22,539 nucleotides of DNA, taken from UHGV virus genome UHGV-0046269; one strand, written 5' to 3'. This document shows positions 1-8,817 of this stretch, piece by piece; the stretch's first letter is position 1, and every line of letters starts with the position of its first letter. A program made the position numbers and the translations under genes. This stretch comes from a virus. The notes below the pieces were generated by a model. That model had not been told where the DNA came from and searched no databases. It saw nothing but the letters and a program-made list of their open reading frames with translations.

Positions 1-49
1 TACAACACTTTTTTCCTGAGATGGTGACGGATATTCCATATGGTGTTTG

Positions 50-1168
50 TCAAATAACCAACTTAACCCATTCCTGACCTCGAGTATCGTTATAGCGATC
101 GGTGGTTGCCTGGACTTTATGTCCTAGTAATGTTTTTGTATCGATACCCTGTGCACGGTACAGCCGTTCTGATAGAGAGCGTTGTTCATGAAATGTTGGC
201 GAAGTTTTTCCTGCTGGTGGAATTATCCCAGCCAGATCCCGTGCTTTGGCAAAGTAGTCGCTCAGGTTGTCTTTACTCATCGGCTTCGGTTGTTTCTGGT
301 GCCGACTATGGATTAGATATGGACTTAATATTCTGTCTCGGCACCCATCAATAACTTCTTTTAACGTTATCCCAATGGCATCACAGCGTAGTGTAAGCGG
401 TAACGCCAGACGCATTCCGGTTTTTCCCTGGGTGATATGCAAGTGTTCGTTCCACACATCTGAAAAACGCATGTGGCAAATGTCATCACGGCGCTGACCA
501 GTAACAATCGCAAGAAGCATTGCGTTACGGATAAAGTGTTTTTCAGGCGTTGCATTGTAAATTTTTTGCCAGTCTTCCATGGTGAGCCTGGCTCTGGTTA
601 CTTTAGGGATCGGTTTACGGGTAGCCTCCGGAGGATTCCATCCAGGAGGAACTTCCCCTGCATGCTGTGCTTCTTTATAAATATCAACCCATAATCCACG
701 ATTTACTCTCGCTGTGCTGACCATGTCTTTATCCAGCCACTCATCCAGTATTAATGCAAAGTCTCTTACTTCCAGTTCTTTCAATGGGTGGTTTCCCAGA
801 CGGGAAACCAGGTATGCAGCCATTCGAGTTTTTTCTTTGTGAGTTGTAGCTGCAATATCTCCATTTTTCAGTCGCGTGTCCTGTATTTTCAGATATCGAT
901 CAACCCATGCCTTTAATCTGATACCCCGACGTTTTGTTGCTGACGGACTTTCATCAATTTTGCGCATGAAATATTCAGCTTCTGCTGCAGCTATTCGCTG
1001 ATTGGCTGTGGAAGCGATTTTTTCTGCCTTACCTTTGTCTGTTCCGAGTCCGTGAAATTTTCCAGTCACAGGATTTTTATACTGGTAGTAAACTCTGCCA
1101 GTTCTGCGATCAAACTTTTCGTAAAGACCGGCTACGTCAGTGCTGTTTTTTCGTGGCCTCGGTGACAT
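50..1168 (-). CDS. int: Phage integrase, tyrosine recombinase (lambda Int-like)
   Basis: 372 aa ORF; N-terminus (YYQYKNPVTGKFHGLGTDKGKA) resembles the lambda Int arm-binding region and the C-terminal half reads as a tyrosine-recombinase catalytic domain; sits at the prophage edge beside an excisionase-like gene. Confidence 0.88.
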   Translation of the reverse strand: MSPRPRKNSTDVAGLYEKFDRRTGRVYYQYKNPVTGKFHGLGTDKGKAEKIASTANQRIAAAEAEYFMRKIDESPSATKRRGIRLKAWVDRYLKIQDTRLKNGDIAATTHKEKTRMAAYLVSRLGNHPLKELEVRDFALILDEWLDKDMVSTARVNRGLWVDIYKEAQHAGEVPPGWNPPEATRKPIPKVTRARLTMEDWQKIYNATPEKHFIRNAMLLAIVTGQRRDDICHMRFSDVWNEHLHITQGKTGMRLALPLTLRCDAIGITLKEVIDGCRDRILSPYLIHSRHQKQPKPMSKDNLSDYFAKARDLAGIIPPAGKTSPTFHEQRSLSERLYRAQGIDTKTLLGHKVQATTDRYNDTRGQEWVKLVI

Positions 1169-1415
1169 GAGTTAAAATCTCCTTCAGTGCATCATCATCG
1201 CCAGTATGAATTTCCGGCGCAATTCCCGTTTCACCAGGCCCAACAAATACTGCTCGGCGATCTATCAGCCAACGCCCACGAATTTTTTGTGGCCTTGGAA
1301 CGATGTATCCTAGTTTTCCGTATTTCACCAGGGTAGTGTTTGTTATTGGGAGACTGAACCGTTTTGGTTTCCACTCGTCGAGCGTTATCAGGTACTGTTC
1401 GCTCATGGCTATCAC
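1137..1415 (-). CDS. xis: Excisionase (Xis-like)
   Basis: 92 aa ORF immediately upstream of int and overlapping its start; YLITLDEW motif resembles the lambda Xis N-terminus (YLTLQEW). True start may be the internal Met (MSEQYL). Confidence 0.65.
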   Translation of the reverse strand: MIAMSEQYLITLDEWKPKRFSLPITNTTLVKYGKLGYIVPRPQKIRGRWLIDRRAVFVGPGETGIAPEIHTGDDDALKEILTHVTEATKKQH

Positions 1416-1467
1416 TCCGGAACGCGCCAGTTGCAGAATATCAACGACAACTGGCGACGGTTGAACA

Positions 1468-3909
1468 TTAAAAATCAGCCTGACTCGGGATCAGTTTTTG
1501 CCAGATAACTGAAACGTATTTTGCCTGGTAACGGGCGTCATCAAGTGCATTATGGCGCTCACCTTCGAATGGAATAGCCGTTCTGGCATCGAAGTCTATG
1601 GCTTTCCCCAGCTCAACGATTGTGCGTACATCGCGATCGTTGTAGTAACGCCACGGGCAGGGGATCCCCTGCCGTTCGTATGAACGGCGCAAAATCGTGT
1701 TGTCGAAGTTGGCTCCATTTCCCCAGACCTGAACAAAAAATTCACCGGAGTTTTCGTCGATAAATTCCCGCAATTGTAACAGTGCATCATCTAACGGGAT
1801 TTCATCGGTCATAATGGCAGATTGCGCTTCGCGTGATTGCTTAAGCCACCATTTAATGGTGTCCCGATCAATGACTCCGCCAGCAGTTTCCAGATCGATA
1901 GTCTTACTAAATTCCGGTCCCATATCTCCGGTTTGCGGATCGAAAAATATTGCACCTATTGAGATGATCGGGGCATCAGGATTTTTTCCCATGGTTTCAA
2001 GGTCGATCATTAGATGGTCACACGTCCTGCTGGTGGATGTGATTTCTTGATGACCGTTCACCTTAATTGAGTGATCTGCCGTCTCGCCAGTTTCATTATC
2101 GCTATCGTGATGCTGATTGCCGCCAGTGTTCTCCTTGTGTGGATGTTCAGCGCCTTCCATTTCCTCCGGATCATCTTCCTGAACTTCAACCTGATACTCT
2201 TCATCGAATGTTTCCTGGTATGTTGCGTCGCCCATCACCGCGCCACAATCAGGGCAGTTGCCGCCGCCGGTCTGACCGCAGGCGGTGCAGACTTTTTCCA
2301 CTTCCTGTTGCGCCACTGGTTCGGATTGTTTCGTTTCTGGCTCGTTTTGTAACGCATTTGGGCTGTTTTGTTCCGCTTTTTGGTCGTTCCGTTCCGATTC
2401 ATGCTGGTTCTGGTTCACAGAATCGCGAGTCTGGATCCCTTTGACCCATTTCGGATCATTAGGGTCGCTAATCCCCTCAACAAATTCACCACGCGATACA
2501 GCAAGTAACTTATCGGCGTCAGGCTGGCTGATATTGGCTGCCTGCATAATTTTGTTTACTTCGTCAGCGGTGACTTTTACTTGGTTAGCGGAACTCACCT
2601 GCGACTGAGCATCCAGCGACTGCGCGTTCTGGCCATGTTCAGTTGTATCCGGTTCCATTGTTTCAGTTGTTGCCTGTTCACCTGCCATTGCGTCAGATGG
2701 TTGTGGTTTTTCTTCTTCTGTTTCACGCTCAGTAACCACCTCGCGGTTAATTTCTTCCAGGATATCTTTTTCCGGCGTATGCCGGGCAGCTGTGAGAGTT
2801 TCCTTGCTGGGGTTCTCGTGATCAGTTTCCGTCAAATAGGCGTTGATATACCCCTGAAGGCGTCCCGGGTAGTGATAAAATTCAGGGTGTGCGCTTCGGA
2901 TAAGTGCAAAAATAGCGGCGCGGGAATAGTCCAGAATACCCGGGGTTGCACGAAGTGCTGCGGACCATTCTTTGAACGGACTTTCTTTGTTCAGGACTAC
3001 TTCTTTTGCGCGACGATAAACGCTGCCCGGAATTTCATAAATATTAAAATCCATCGGAAGTGTGGCTGCTGCAATCTCCACATCCAGTGTGTCGAGGGTG
3101 TGTACTAAATTCGGATTGCGATCGGTTTTGTTCCCACCGCCAGCATTAGCACCGGAAGCCGTGCGGGTGATGCGTGAAACACGATTTCCTTTCATCCACT
3201 CTTTTGTCAGCAAACCCCGATCAGTGTAGTCAGCGTCTAGGTATGCTTCGAAAAAAGCAGTTATTAGTCCCAGGTCTGAATTACCAGGATTAGGGAAAAC
3301 TTTGTCAGTGTCACGAACCAGTTTGTGGAGGTCGCGAATCTCCAGCGAGTCGAGCAGACTGGTTTTATGCGAAATAGCCAGGGCAGTAACAGCCGGTAGT
3401 TCTTCAGCCCGTGCAATGTGTAATGCCTGGAGTTCGTCGCGTGAAACGTGCGTTACTGGTTTTTCGCTGCCGTGTTGAGCAAGCCAACGAATGGGCAGTT
3501 CCTGACCGGAGACAGGCAGAAGCATGCTCTCCTCAATCTCAGTCATGGCTTCGCCGTTGATGTTGGTATTGTCAGTGCTGGCTGGTTTGTCCTGAACAGA
3601 GGGGGAAGGGCCGATAAATGTCATTGTGATGCCATCTTTCCCGCCTTTTTCATAGCGGTTGCAGAATTCAGTATCAAACACGCCTTCTGGCGGAAGGTCG
3701 TCAACAACGGGCAAATTGACGCGGACGGGTTTTTTAAAGTCGTCTTCATCATAATCGTTGTCATCCATTGCGGTAATGCAGCGGGAGATTGCAACAGATA
3801 ATTTTTTTGCTGTAGTCCAGTAAAAACCACCTTTAATTCCTAGGCGTTTTCTTACTTTGTCATTTTTTGCTTCGCAATATAGTGCAAATTCTTCTTTATC
3901 AGTGCTCAT
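1468..3909 (-). CDS. Large phage protein with C-terminal DEDDh 3'-5' exonuclease domain (exodeoxyribonuclease VIII-like in related prophages)
   Basis: 813 aa ORF. C-terminal region carries exonuclease motifs I (MIDLETMG), II (VWGNGANFD) and III (HNALDDARY). A long acidic low-complexity middle region contains a CxxC...CxxC pair ([16 protein letters not shown]). Occupies the position of exo/bet in lambda. Confidence 0.7.
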   Translation of the reverse strand: MSTDKEEFALYCEAKNDKVRKRLGIKGGFYWTTAKKLSVAISRCITAMDDNDYDEDDFKKPVRVNLPVVDDLPPEGVFDTEFCNRYEKGGKDGITMTFIGPSPSVQDKPASTDNTNINGEAMTEIEESMLLPVSGQELPIRWLAQHGSEKPVTHVSRDELQALHIARAEELPAVTALAISHKTSLLDSLEIRDLHKLVRDTDKVFPNPGNSDLGLITAFFEAYLDADYTDRGLLTKEWMKGNRVSRITRTASGANAGGGNKTDRNPNLVHTLDTLDVEIAAATLPMDFNIYEIPGSVYRRAKEVVLNKESPFKEWSAALRATPGILDYSRAAIFALIRSAHPEFYHYPGRLQGYINAYLTETDHENPSKETLTAARHTPEKDILEEINREVVTERETEEEKPQPSDAMAGEQATTETMEPDTTEHGQNAQSLDAQSQVSSANQVKVTADEVNKIMQAANISQPDADKLLAVSRGEFVEGISDPNDPKWVKGIQTRDSVNQNQHESERNDQKAEQNSPNALQNEPETKQSEPVAQQEVEKVCTACGQTGGGNCPDCGAVMGDATYQETFDEEYQVEVQEDDPEEMEGAEHPHKENTGGNQHHDSDNETGETADHSIKVNGHQEITSTSRTCDHLMIDLETMGKNPDAPIISIGAIFFDPQTGDMGPEFSKTIDLETAGGVIDRDTIKWWLKQSREAQSAIMTDEIPLDDALLQLREFIDENSGEFFVQVWGNGANFDNTILRRSYERQGIPCPWRYYNDRDVRTIVELGKAIDFDARTAIPFEGERHNALDDARYQAKYVSVIWQKLIPSQADF

Positions 3910-4002
3910 TATTGGTAAACCTCATCACAGATTTAAGGGTGAACAAATCTCTGCCATTGCTGACATATAAGAATGAAACTGGATATTTATTACGGTGCTG
4001 TT

Positions 4003-4194
4003 TTAAAATCCTGCCGGGATTTCGTTATTATCCTGGTGAATAACTTTATCGACCGGATAACAGTTGCCTGGAATTTTCTGTTCGGTTGCTGCTGCCATAC
4101 ATTCCTGCATTGTTCTGTGAACACTGACTGCAATATCAACTGACTCTCCGGAAACAAGAAAAACCGTCAGAATAAGTGCAAATACTGGATTCAT
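4003..4194 (-). CDS. ydfD: YdfD-like small protein with N-terminal hydrophobic segment
   Basis: 63 aa from MNPVFALILTVFLVSG; its ATG overlaps the dicB stop (ATGA); position after dicB matches the Qin prophage operon. The track ORF (4003..4248) has an upstream in-frame Met that I consider less likely. Confidence 0.55.
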   Translation of the reverse strand: MNPVFALILTVFLVSGESVDIAVSVHRTMQECMAAATEQKIPGNCYPVDKVIHQDNNEIPAGF

Positions 4195-4379
4195 TGTGCA
4201 CATCCTTTTGGCATCAGACGTAAACGGGCCAGCATTGAAACAATGCATACTTTATTTAATAACTCCCGTTCGTGTTTTCTTTTGTTAATGGCATCTTCAG
4301 TAAATACAGGATTACTGATAGTGACACCAATTTCAAAACAACCTTCAGACGTATTAACGTTTGGTAATAACGTTTTCAT
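4191..4379 (-). CDS. dicB: Cell division inhibitor DicB
   Basis: 62 aa from the internal Met (MKTLLPNVNTSEGCFEIGVTISNPVFTEDAINKRK...MPKGCAQ) matches my recollection of E. coli DicB nearly residue for residue; lies immediately downstream of dicF as in Qin. Confidence 0.8.
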   Translation of the reverse strand: MKTLLPNVNTSEGCFEIGVTISNPVFTEDAINKRKHERELLNKVCIVSMLARLRLMPKGCAQ

Positions 4380-4548
4380 TATCGCGCCCTCAACAATGAG
4401 TTTTGTGATGCGGTGCCTGGTGCCTCCAGGTGACGTTAACCAGTTAACAATTAACGCCGGATACAGAGAATCCACCCATAACACTGTTTTTGGTTTTAAC
4501 TGTTCCGCGTGCGCTTAGCCGCATTCACCGCATCACAAAATTCACTTT

Positions 4549-4606
4549 AAAAAGGGCGGCAGAGCAGTCACGGAGTAAAACTGATACCGCCAAACGTCAC
4601 CAGAAA
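4549..4606 (-). ncRNA. dicF: DicF small RNA (antisense regulator of ftsZ and other mRNAs) with intrinsic terminator
   Basis: Reverse complement of 4554..4606 reads TTTCTGGTGACGTTTGGCGGTATCAGTTTTACTCCGTGACTGCTCTGCCGCCC, which matches the DicF sequence as I recall it, followed by a T-tract (4549..4553). Located between ydfC and dicB as in Qin. Confidence 0.85.
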
Positions 4607-4947
4607 ATTGATAACAGAGGGCGTTGCAGTGGGGTTGTCACTTAAGCGTATGGTCAACCTGACAACCCGGTGTCCTCAACGGGGGAAGGAATAACCCCGC
4701 CATACTTACCGCCGCGCCATTTCGCGGATTGCCACAACCGGAAGCGCACGGTCGACGAAAATTTAACGACAGGCTATCTATGAACCAGCTACCTCGCCGT
4801 GCGCTTTCGCGTTATGGTCTGACTTTTCAGGGAAATATCCTTTCAGTAAACTGTCAGTGCCGGATGCTCACCCGTGTCCGGCGCACGCACTCCACCTCAC
4901 CCGTGGAGAACTCCTTAATTACCAACCTTAGCTTCGTTGGTTATCTA

Positions 4948-5166
4948 TTAACGCGGGTATGTAATCATTCTGGCAATGCTTAATGCCGCTGCTTTTTCCA
5001 GCCTGGTGATATCCTGCTCCAGAGCGGACAGATTTTCAGCCTGCTTAGCTCTGGCTTCATTAGCCCATTTCAGATCCTGCGCTGCATTAATTTTCTGGCG
5101 CATCCACTCATAAAGTTCATCATCGGTATAGTCTGGCGCGATGATGACGGGTTCTCGTTTCTGCAT
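4948..5166 (-). CDS. ydfC: YdfC-like protein
   Basis: 72 aa ORF (MQKREPVIIAPDYTDDELYEWMRQKINAAQDLKWANEARAKQAENL...) in the expected position upstream of dicF. Confidence 0.7.
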   Translation of the reverse strand: MQKREPVIIAPDYTDDELYEWMRQKINAAQDLKWANEARAKQAENLSALEQDITRLEKAAALSIARMITYPR

Positions 5167-5195
5167 ACTGATTCCTCGCGGTGCTGTTTCGCTTA

Positions 5196-5324
5196 TCAGC
5201 CGTTAGATTTTGCCGAACTGGAAAGCGCCTGTTTAAATTCGTTGAAGCTGTGAGCTTCTTCGCCTTCGGCAAGGCCTTCGAAGTATTCTTCGTAAGCCTT
5301 TTCCATGATTGTGTCAAAATCCAT
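5196..5324 (-). CDS. ydfB: YdfB-like small protein (42 aa)
   Basis: Hand translation of the minus strand from the ATG at 5324: MDFDTIMEKAYEEYFEGLAEGEEAHSFNEFKQALSSSAKSNG, stop at 5196..5198. Below the ORF-track size cutoff. Lies between ydfA and ydfC. Confidence 0.6.
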   Translation of the reverse strand: MDFDTIMEKAYEEYFEGLAEGEEAHSFNEFKQALSSSAKSNG

Positions 5325-5325
5325 A

Positions 5326-5481
5326 TCACTCACCTGAGTTTCTTTCCAGCCAGCGACGGGCACCATTTTCGGTTTTAAACGTTTTGCTTTTTGTATACGT
5401 CATTGCGGTGAAGGTGCCGTCCTGGTTTGGAAACACGCCGTACACCAGAGATTCGTTGTTGCCAAGATCGATAGTATCCAT
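5326..5481 (-). CDS. ydfA: YdfA-like small protein (51 aa)
   Basis: Internal Met of track ORF 5326..5562 gives MDTIDLGNNESLVYGVFPNQDGTFTAMTYTKSKTFKTENGARRWLERNSGE; first gene of the ydfABC-dicF-dicB operon. Confidence 0.65.
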   Translation of the reverse strand: MDTIDLGNNESLVYGVFPNQDGTFTAMTYTKSKTFKTENGARRWLERNSGE

Positions 5482-5773
5482 GCTGACCTCATTTCCCCTT
5501 AACGCCGGGGTAGCGGAACAAAAACCTGCTGCATAGTTATTAAAGTTGAACCCTGCCGTCATGTTCTTACGCCTCGGGCTGGCTACTTAACCCCTGACCA
5601 CTGCCTGGTAACTCGAAGTATTGCCCTGCATTCTGTAGGATGGGGTGAGGGAATGAATGAAGTTTAGAAAAACGAACTTTTCAGGTCAATGTTTTTTTAT
5701 CAAAACATTTTAAGCAGGCAGCTGTTAAGCCATCACCACGATGGCATACAGTTAATCAAATAGATGAGGTTGG
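5482..5773 (-). promoter_or_regulatory. Noncoding region between repressor gene and ydfA; probable early-left promoter/leader for the ydfABC-dicF-dicB operon
   Basis: About 290 bp without an ORF of 60 aa or more, immediately upstream of the first gene of the leftward operon and downstream of the repressor stop. Promoter and any nut-like site are not mapped. Confidence 0.3.
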
Positions 5774-6412
5774 TTAAATATCTTGTTGAATTTTAAAGCA
5801 TACGCCCAATATGCAAGATAGATCATCCAGCATAATTGAAGGGTAGCGAGGATTCGTGGGGACTAAAAGAATATCCGGCCCTTCTATCTCCAGTTTACGA
5901 ATGACAGGTGTTGTGGTCCCTTTGGGTAAGGCAAGGACAATATTTCCTGGTTGTACGGTTCGATCGGGATCAACAAAAACTGTTGAACCATTTGGGATGG
6001 AAACTCCCCCACCAGATGTTGACATACTGTCACTCTCTAGAACAACTGCAAAGGTATTGACCGGGATTTCTCCGACAAGCTGCACACAAGAGGTTATTGA
6101 GGAATTTTTCATATAATCACTCCAGCTTGCTGCCTGCTGAAGTGATAGTAGCGGAACCGTTTTTATCGGCGGTAAAGATAGATCAAGCGAATCACCTGTA
6201 TTTAACTCTCCTCCATTAAGAAGCCAATTTTCGTTTACTTTCAATATTTTTGCCAGTGAACTTATGTAACGCGAGGACGGCGCTCCTCCACCGTTCATCC
6301 ATTGACTTACGGAGCCTTTTGATGCGCCAGTGCCATTGACAAGGTCTTTGCCTTTCAGGTTTAGCGCATGCATACGTTGGGTTATGCGTTCAGATATAGT
6401 TTGCTTGCTCAT
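5774..6412 (-). CDS. CI-like prophage repressor (N-terminal HTH, C-terminal S24 LexA-like peptidase domain)
   Basis: 212 aa. N-terminus has an HTH-like segment (GASKGSVSQWMNGGGAPSSRYISSLAKIL); C-terminal half has the layout of an S24 self-cleaving domain (VLESDSMSTSGGG...VIRKLEIEG). Divergent from a Cro-like gene. Confidence 0.85.
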   Translation of the reverse strand: MSKQTISERITQRMHALNLKGKDLVNGTGASKGSVSQWMNGGGAPSSRYISSLAKILKVNENWLLNGGELNTGDSLDLSLPPIKTVPLLSLQQAASWSDYMKNSSITSCVQLVGEIPVNTFAVVLESDSMSTSGGGVSIPNGSTVFVDPDRTVQPGNIVLALPKGTTTPVIRKLEIEGPDILLVPTNPRYPSIMLDDLSCILGVCFKIQQDI

Positions 6413-6503
6413 GTTTTGATTTTAAAACACAGATGGTTTTGTTTCTTGACTTTCTTTGGTTTTGATTATTAAACTTTTGACGTTCAGTTTTATGGAGCGA
6501 CTC
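6413..6503. promoter_or_regulatory. Immunity-region divergent promoter/operator segment
   Basis: 91 bp between the divergent repressor and cro-like starts. Contains repeated GTTTTGATT motifs (6413..6421, 6459..6467) and a TTGACT (-35-like) with TATTAA-like -10 at suitable spacing for rightward transcription. Confidence 0.5.
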
Positions 6504-6746
6504 ATGAAAAAATCAGAAGTATTAGGCTATTTTGGCGGAGTTGTTAAAACAGCCGCAGCTCTAGGAACGTCAAAAACCACAGTCAGCATGTGGGGGGAAG
6601 AGGTTCCGTGGAAATGGGCGTTGCTAATTCAGGCAGTCACTGCCGGGGCGCTCAAATATGAGTTACACATACCGACGGTTGTCATTCCCGGTTCTGATCA
6701 TAATCCGCCTTCTAACCAAGGGGGGATTCATGAAAATCAAGCATGA
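6504..6746 (+). CDS. Cro/DicC-like HTH regulator
   Basis: 80 aa from MKKSEVLGYFGG; pattern LxYFGxxxKxAxALGxSxxxVSxW resembles DicC and Cro-type HTH proteins; divergent from the repressor. Confidence 0.7.
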   Translation: MKKSEVLGYFGGVVKTAAALGTSKTTVSMWGEEVPWKWALLIQAVTAGALKYELHIPTVVIPGSDHNPPSNQGGIHENQA

Positions 6747-7155
6747 ACACATCCGCATGGCGATGAATGCCTGGGCGCATCCGGACGGCGAAAAAGTACC
6801 GGCTGCGAAAATTACCAAAGCGTATTTCGAGCTGGGAATGACGTTCCCGGAACTGTATGACGACAGCCATCCGGAAGCCCTGGCTCGCAATACCCAGAAA
6901 ATTTTCCGCTGGGTAGAGAAAGACACCCCTGATGCAGTTGAAAAAATTCAGGCGTTGTTACCAGCGATCGAAAAGGCAATGCCACCTTTGCTGGTGGCCA
7001 GAATGCGCAGCCACAGTTCAGCTTATTTTCGGGAGCTGGTGGAGACGCGGGAGCGACTGGTGAGAGACGCTGATGATTTTGTCGCAGTGGCAATCGCCGG
7101 TTTCAATCAGATGAACCGTGGTGGCCCGGCAGGAAATGCTGTGGCAGTACATTGA
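6730..7155 (+). CDS. YdaT-like (CII-like) phage regulatory protein
   Basis: 141 aa from MKIKHEHIRMAMNAWAHPDGEKV; the N-terminal MKIKHEHI and the position after the cro-like gene match YdaT-family proteins of Rac-like prophages as I recall them. Start overlaps the upstream gene by 17 nt. Confidence 0.55.
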   Translation: MKIKHEHIRMAMNAWAHPDGEKVPAAKITKAYFELGMTFPELYDDSHPEALARNTQKIFRWVEKDTPDAVEKIQALLPAIEKAMPPLLVARMRSHSSAYFRELVETRERLVRDADDFVAVAIAGFNQMNRGGPAGNAVAVH

Positions 7156-7226
7156 CTGACAATAGCCATATCGAATCGCTTCCGGCAACTCGTGAGTAAA
7201 AAGATTCGGTATCAGAAGAGGTGAGT

Positions 7227-8297
7227 ATGGCTAACGCCTGGCTCAGATTATGGCATGACATGCCAAATGACCCTAAGTGGCGAACAATTGCCAGGGTGTC
7301 AGGGCAGCCAATTGCAACAGTGATGGCAGTGTATATCCACCTCCTGGTGAGCGCGTCACGAAATGTCACGCGAGGTCACATTGATGTCACGACAGAAGAT
7401 TTGGCAAGTGCGCTCGACGTGACAGAAGAGGTAATTGATTCAATTTTGCAGACGATGCAGGGGCGGGTACTTGATGGTGATTTAATCACTGGATGGGAAA
7501 AACGCCAGGTGCTGAAAGAGGACAACGGCAATATTTCGCAAACCGCAAAATCTCCGGCAGAGCGCAAGAGGGCGCAGCGAGAGAGGGAAAGAAAGCGGGA
7601 ACAAAATGGCGATTGTCACGGCGAGTCACGAAATGTCACGCACATGTCACGACGAGTCACGACAGATAAAGATACAGATAAAGATACAGATCAAGAAGAT
7701 CAAAACACTATGGTCCATGGCGTAAAAAACGCCACGAACCAGGCAGGGGATGTTCAGACCGTCACTCCTGGCCAGCCCGCAGGCACGACACCGGAAGCCG
7801 ATTCAGCGTATGCGCTGAAAGCCGATTCGGGCGCTGTGCAGCAGGTGATGACCGCAAGGCAGGAGCAATCACACCAACTTCAGCAGCCTGAAGCCGATTC
7901 CGCCATTCAGCGGGAAGCCGATCGGGTAGTCCCGGAAAACACCGGGCAGCCTGTGGGACGAGTGGATTATCCTGATGTGTTCGAACAGGTCTGGCGGGAA
8001 TACCCGTTGCGTGCCGGGGCAAACCCGAAGAAATCCGCTTTCAGTGCCTGGAAAGCCAGATTACGCGAGGGGGTGCCACCAGAGGCCATGCTGGATGGCG
8101 TGAGGCGTTACGCAAGATACCTTGCGGCTACCGGGAAAACGGGAACGGAATTTGTTCAGCGAGCGACGACGTTTTTTGGACCGGACCGGAATTTTGAAAA
8201 CCCCTGGCTGCTCCCGGTAAGCGGCACGAACAACCAGCGTTGTGTGAATCATATTTCTGAACCGGATAACGAAATTCCGCCGGGCTTCAGGGGGTAA
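7227..8297 (+). CDS. Phage replication initiation / replisome organizer protein (O-like) containing iteron-like repeats
   Basis: 356 aa from the ATG at 7227 (RBS GAAGAGG upstream); N-terminus MANAWLRLWHDMPNDPKWRTIARVSG is typical of phage replisome-organizer N-terminal domains; the coding sequence contains two GTCACG repeat clusters and an AT-rich tandem repeat. Confidence 0.75.
   Translation: MANAWLRLWHDMPNDPKWRTIARVSGQPIATVMAVYIHLLVSASRNVTRGHIDVTTEDLASALDVTEEVIDSILQTMQGRVLDGDLITGWEKRQVLKEDNGNISQTAKSPAERKRAQRERERKREQNGDCHGESRNVTHMSRRVTTDKDTDKDTDQEDQNTMVHGVKNATNQAGDVQTVTPGQPAGTTPEADSAYALKADSGAVQQVMTARQEQSHQLQQPEADSAIQREADRVVPENTGQPVGRVDYPDVFEQVWREYPLRAGANPKKSAFSAWKARLREGVPPEAMLDGVRRYARYLAATGKTGTEFVQRATTFFGPDRNFENPWLLPVSGTNNQRCVNHISEPDNEIPPGFRG
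7351..7395. repeat. Iteron-like repeat cluster 1 (GTCACG units) inside the replication gene
   Basis: GCGCGTCACGAAATGTCACGCGAGGTCACATTGATGTCACGACAG carries four GTCAC(G/A) units; the 16-mer TCACGAAATGTCACGC recurs in cluster 2. Confidence 0.6.
7613..7710. repeat. Iteron-like repeat cluster 2 plus adjacent AT-rich tandem repeat (candidate replication origin)
   Basis: TTGTCACGGCGAGTCACGAAATGTCACGCACATGTCACGACGAGTCACGACAG (five GTCACG units) followed by GATAAAGATACAGATAAAGATACAGATCAAGAAGATCAA. Resembles the iterons plus AT-rich arrangement of lambda ori inside O. Confidence 0.6.
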
Positions 8298-8337
8298 GTG
8301 TTAATTTCTGGTCATGAGGTAATTTTCAGGAGGGCTT

Positions 8338-8760
8338 GTGGCAAAAGTTTTTACACAAGAAGAGCGGGAAAAAATTAAAGGACAGGTTCTTGAACTCGTA
8401 CGCCAGAGTGGGCGCGAGACGTTACGACAACTGGAAGCTAAAACTGGGGCAACAAGATATCTGATGAGCGTTCTGGCCAGAGAGCTGGTTGCCAGTGGCG
8501 ATGTATACAATTCTGGCTACGGGTTATTCCCGTCTGAACAGGCTCGTAAAGACTGGCAAAATGCCCGCAAAAAATTATCGAGGGCAAAGCTGAAGAAACC
8601 GGTTGTGGTTGATCCGGACCTTATCTGGTCGTTACCTGACGGAGAAATACGTCGCTACGACAGTCGCCTAAACATAATCTGTCGCGAGTGCCGGAAGAGT
8701 GAAGCTATGCAGCGTGTACTGGCTTTCTATCAGGGTAATTTTCAGGAGGCGGTACTGTGA
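8338..8760 (+). CDS. Hypothetical phage protein
   Basis: 140 aa ORF in the track, apparently GTG-initiated; follows the replication gene in the same orientation. No family recognised. Confidence 0.5.
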   Translation: MAKVFTQEEREKIKGQVLELVRQSGRETLRQLEAKTGATRYLMSVLARELVASGDVYNSGYGLFPSEQARKDWQNARKKLSRAKLKKPVVVDPDLIWSLPDGEIRRYDSRLNIICRECRKSEAMQRVLAFYQGNFQEAVL

Positions 8761-8817
8761 GTGAAATTAGCTATCAGGCTTCAATTACCGCTGGCATTCG
8801 CATCAAAGGAGAGGAGC

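Noticed and set aside
1596-3830. Multiple ORFs nested in or antisense to the 813-aa exonuclease gene (e.g. 1814..2050, 2067..2444, 2285..2608, 2581..3108, 3448..3801, 3621..3830)
   Set aside because: All lie within one long uninterrupted minus-strand ORF with recognisable exonuclease motifs; several have low-complexity Cys/Phe/Arg-rich translations typical of wrong frames.
4729-4983. 84-aa plus-strand ORF between dicF and ydfC
   Set aside because: Opposite strand to the operon, Arg/Ser-rich translation, no RBS noticed; more likely processed leader sequence of the dicF transcript.
5120-5562. ORFs 5120..5329, 5181..5378, 5309..5536 and the N-terminal extension of 5326..5562
   Set aside because: They overlap the short ydfA and ydfB genes in other frames or strands; the ydfA/ydfB frames give the recognisable small proteins.
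6663-7155. Minus-strand ORFs 6663..6926 and 6812..7093 and the 24-codon N-terminal extension of 6658..7155
   Set aside because: Antisense to the cro-like and YdaT-like genes; the extension overlaps the cro-like gene and lacks an RBS, whereas the internal MKIKHEHI start fits.
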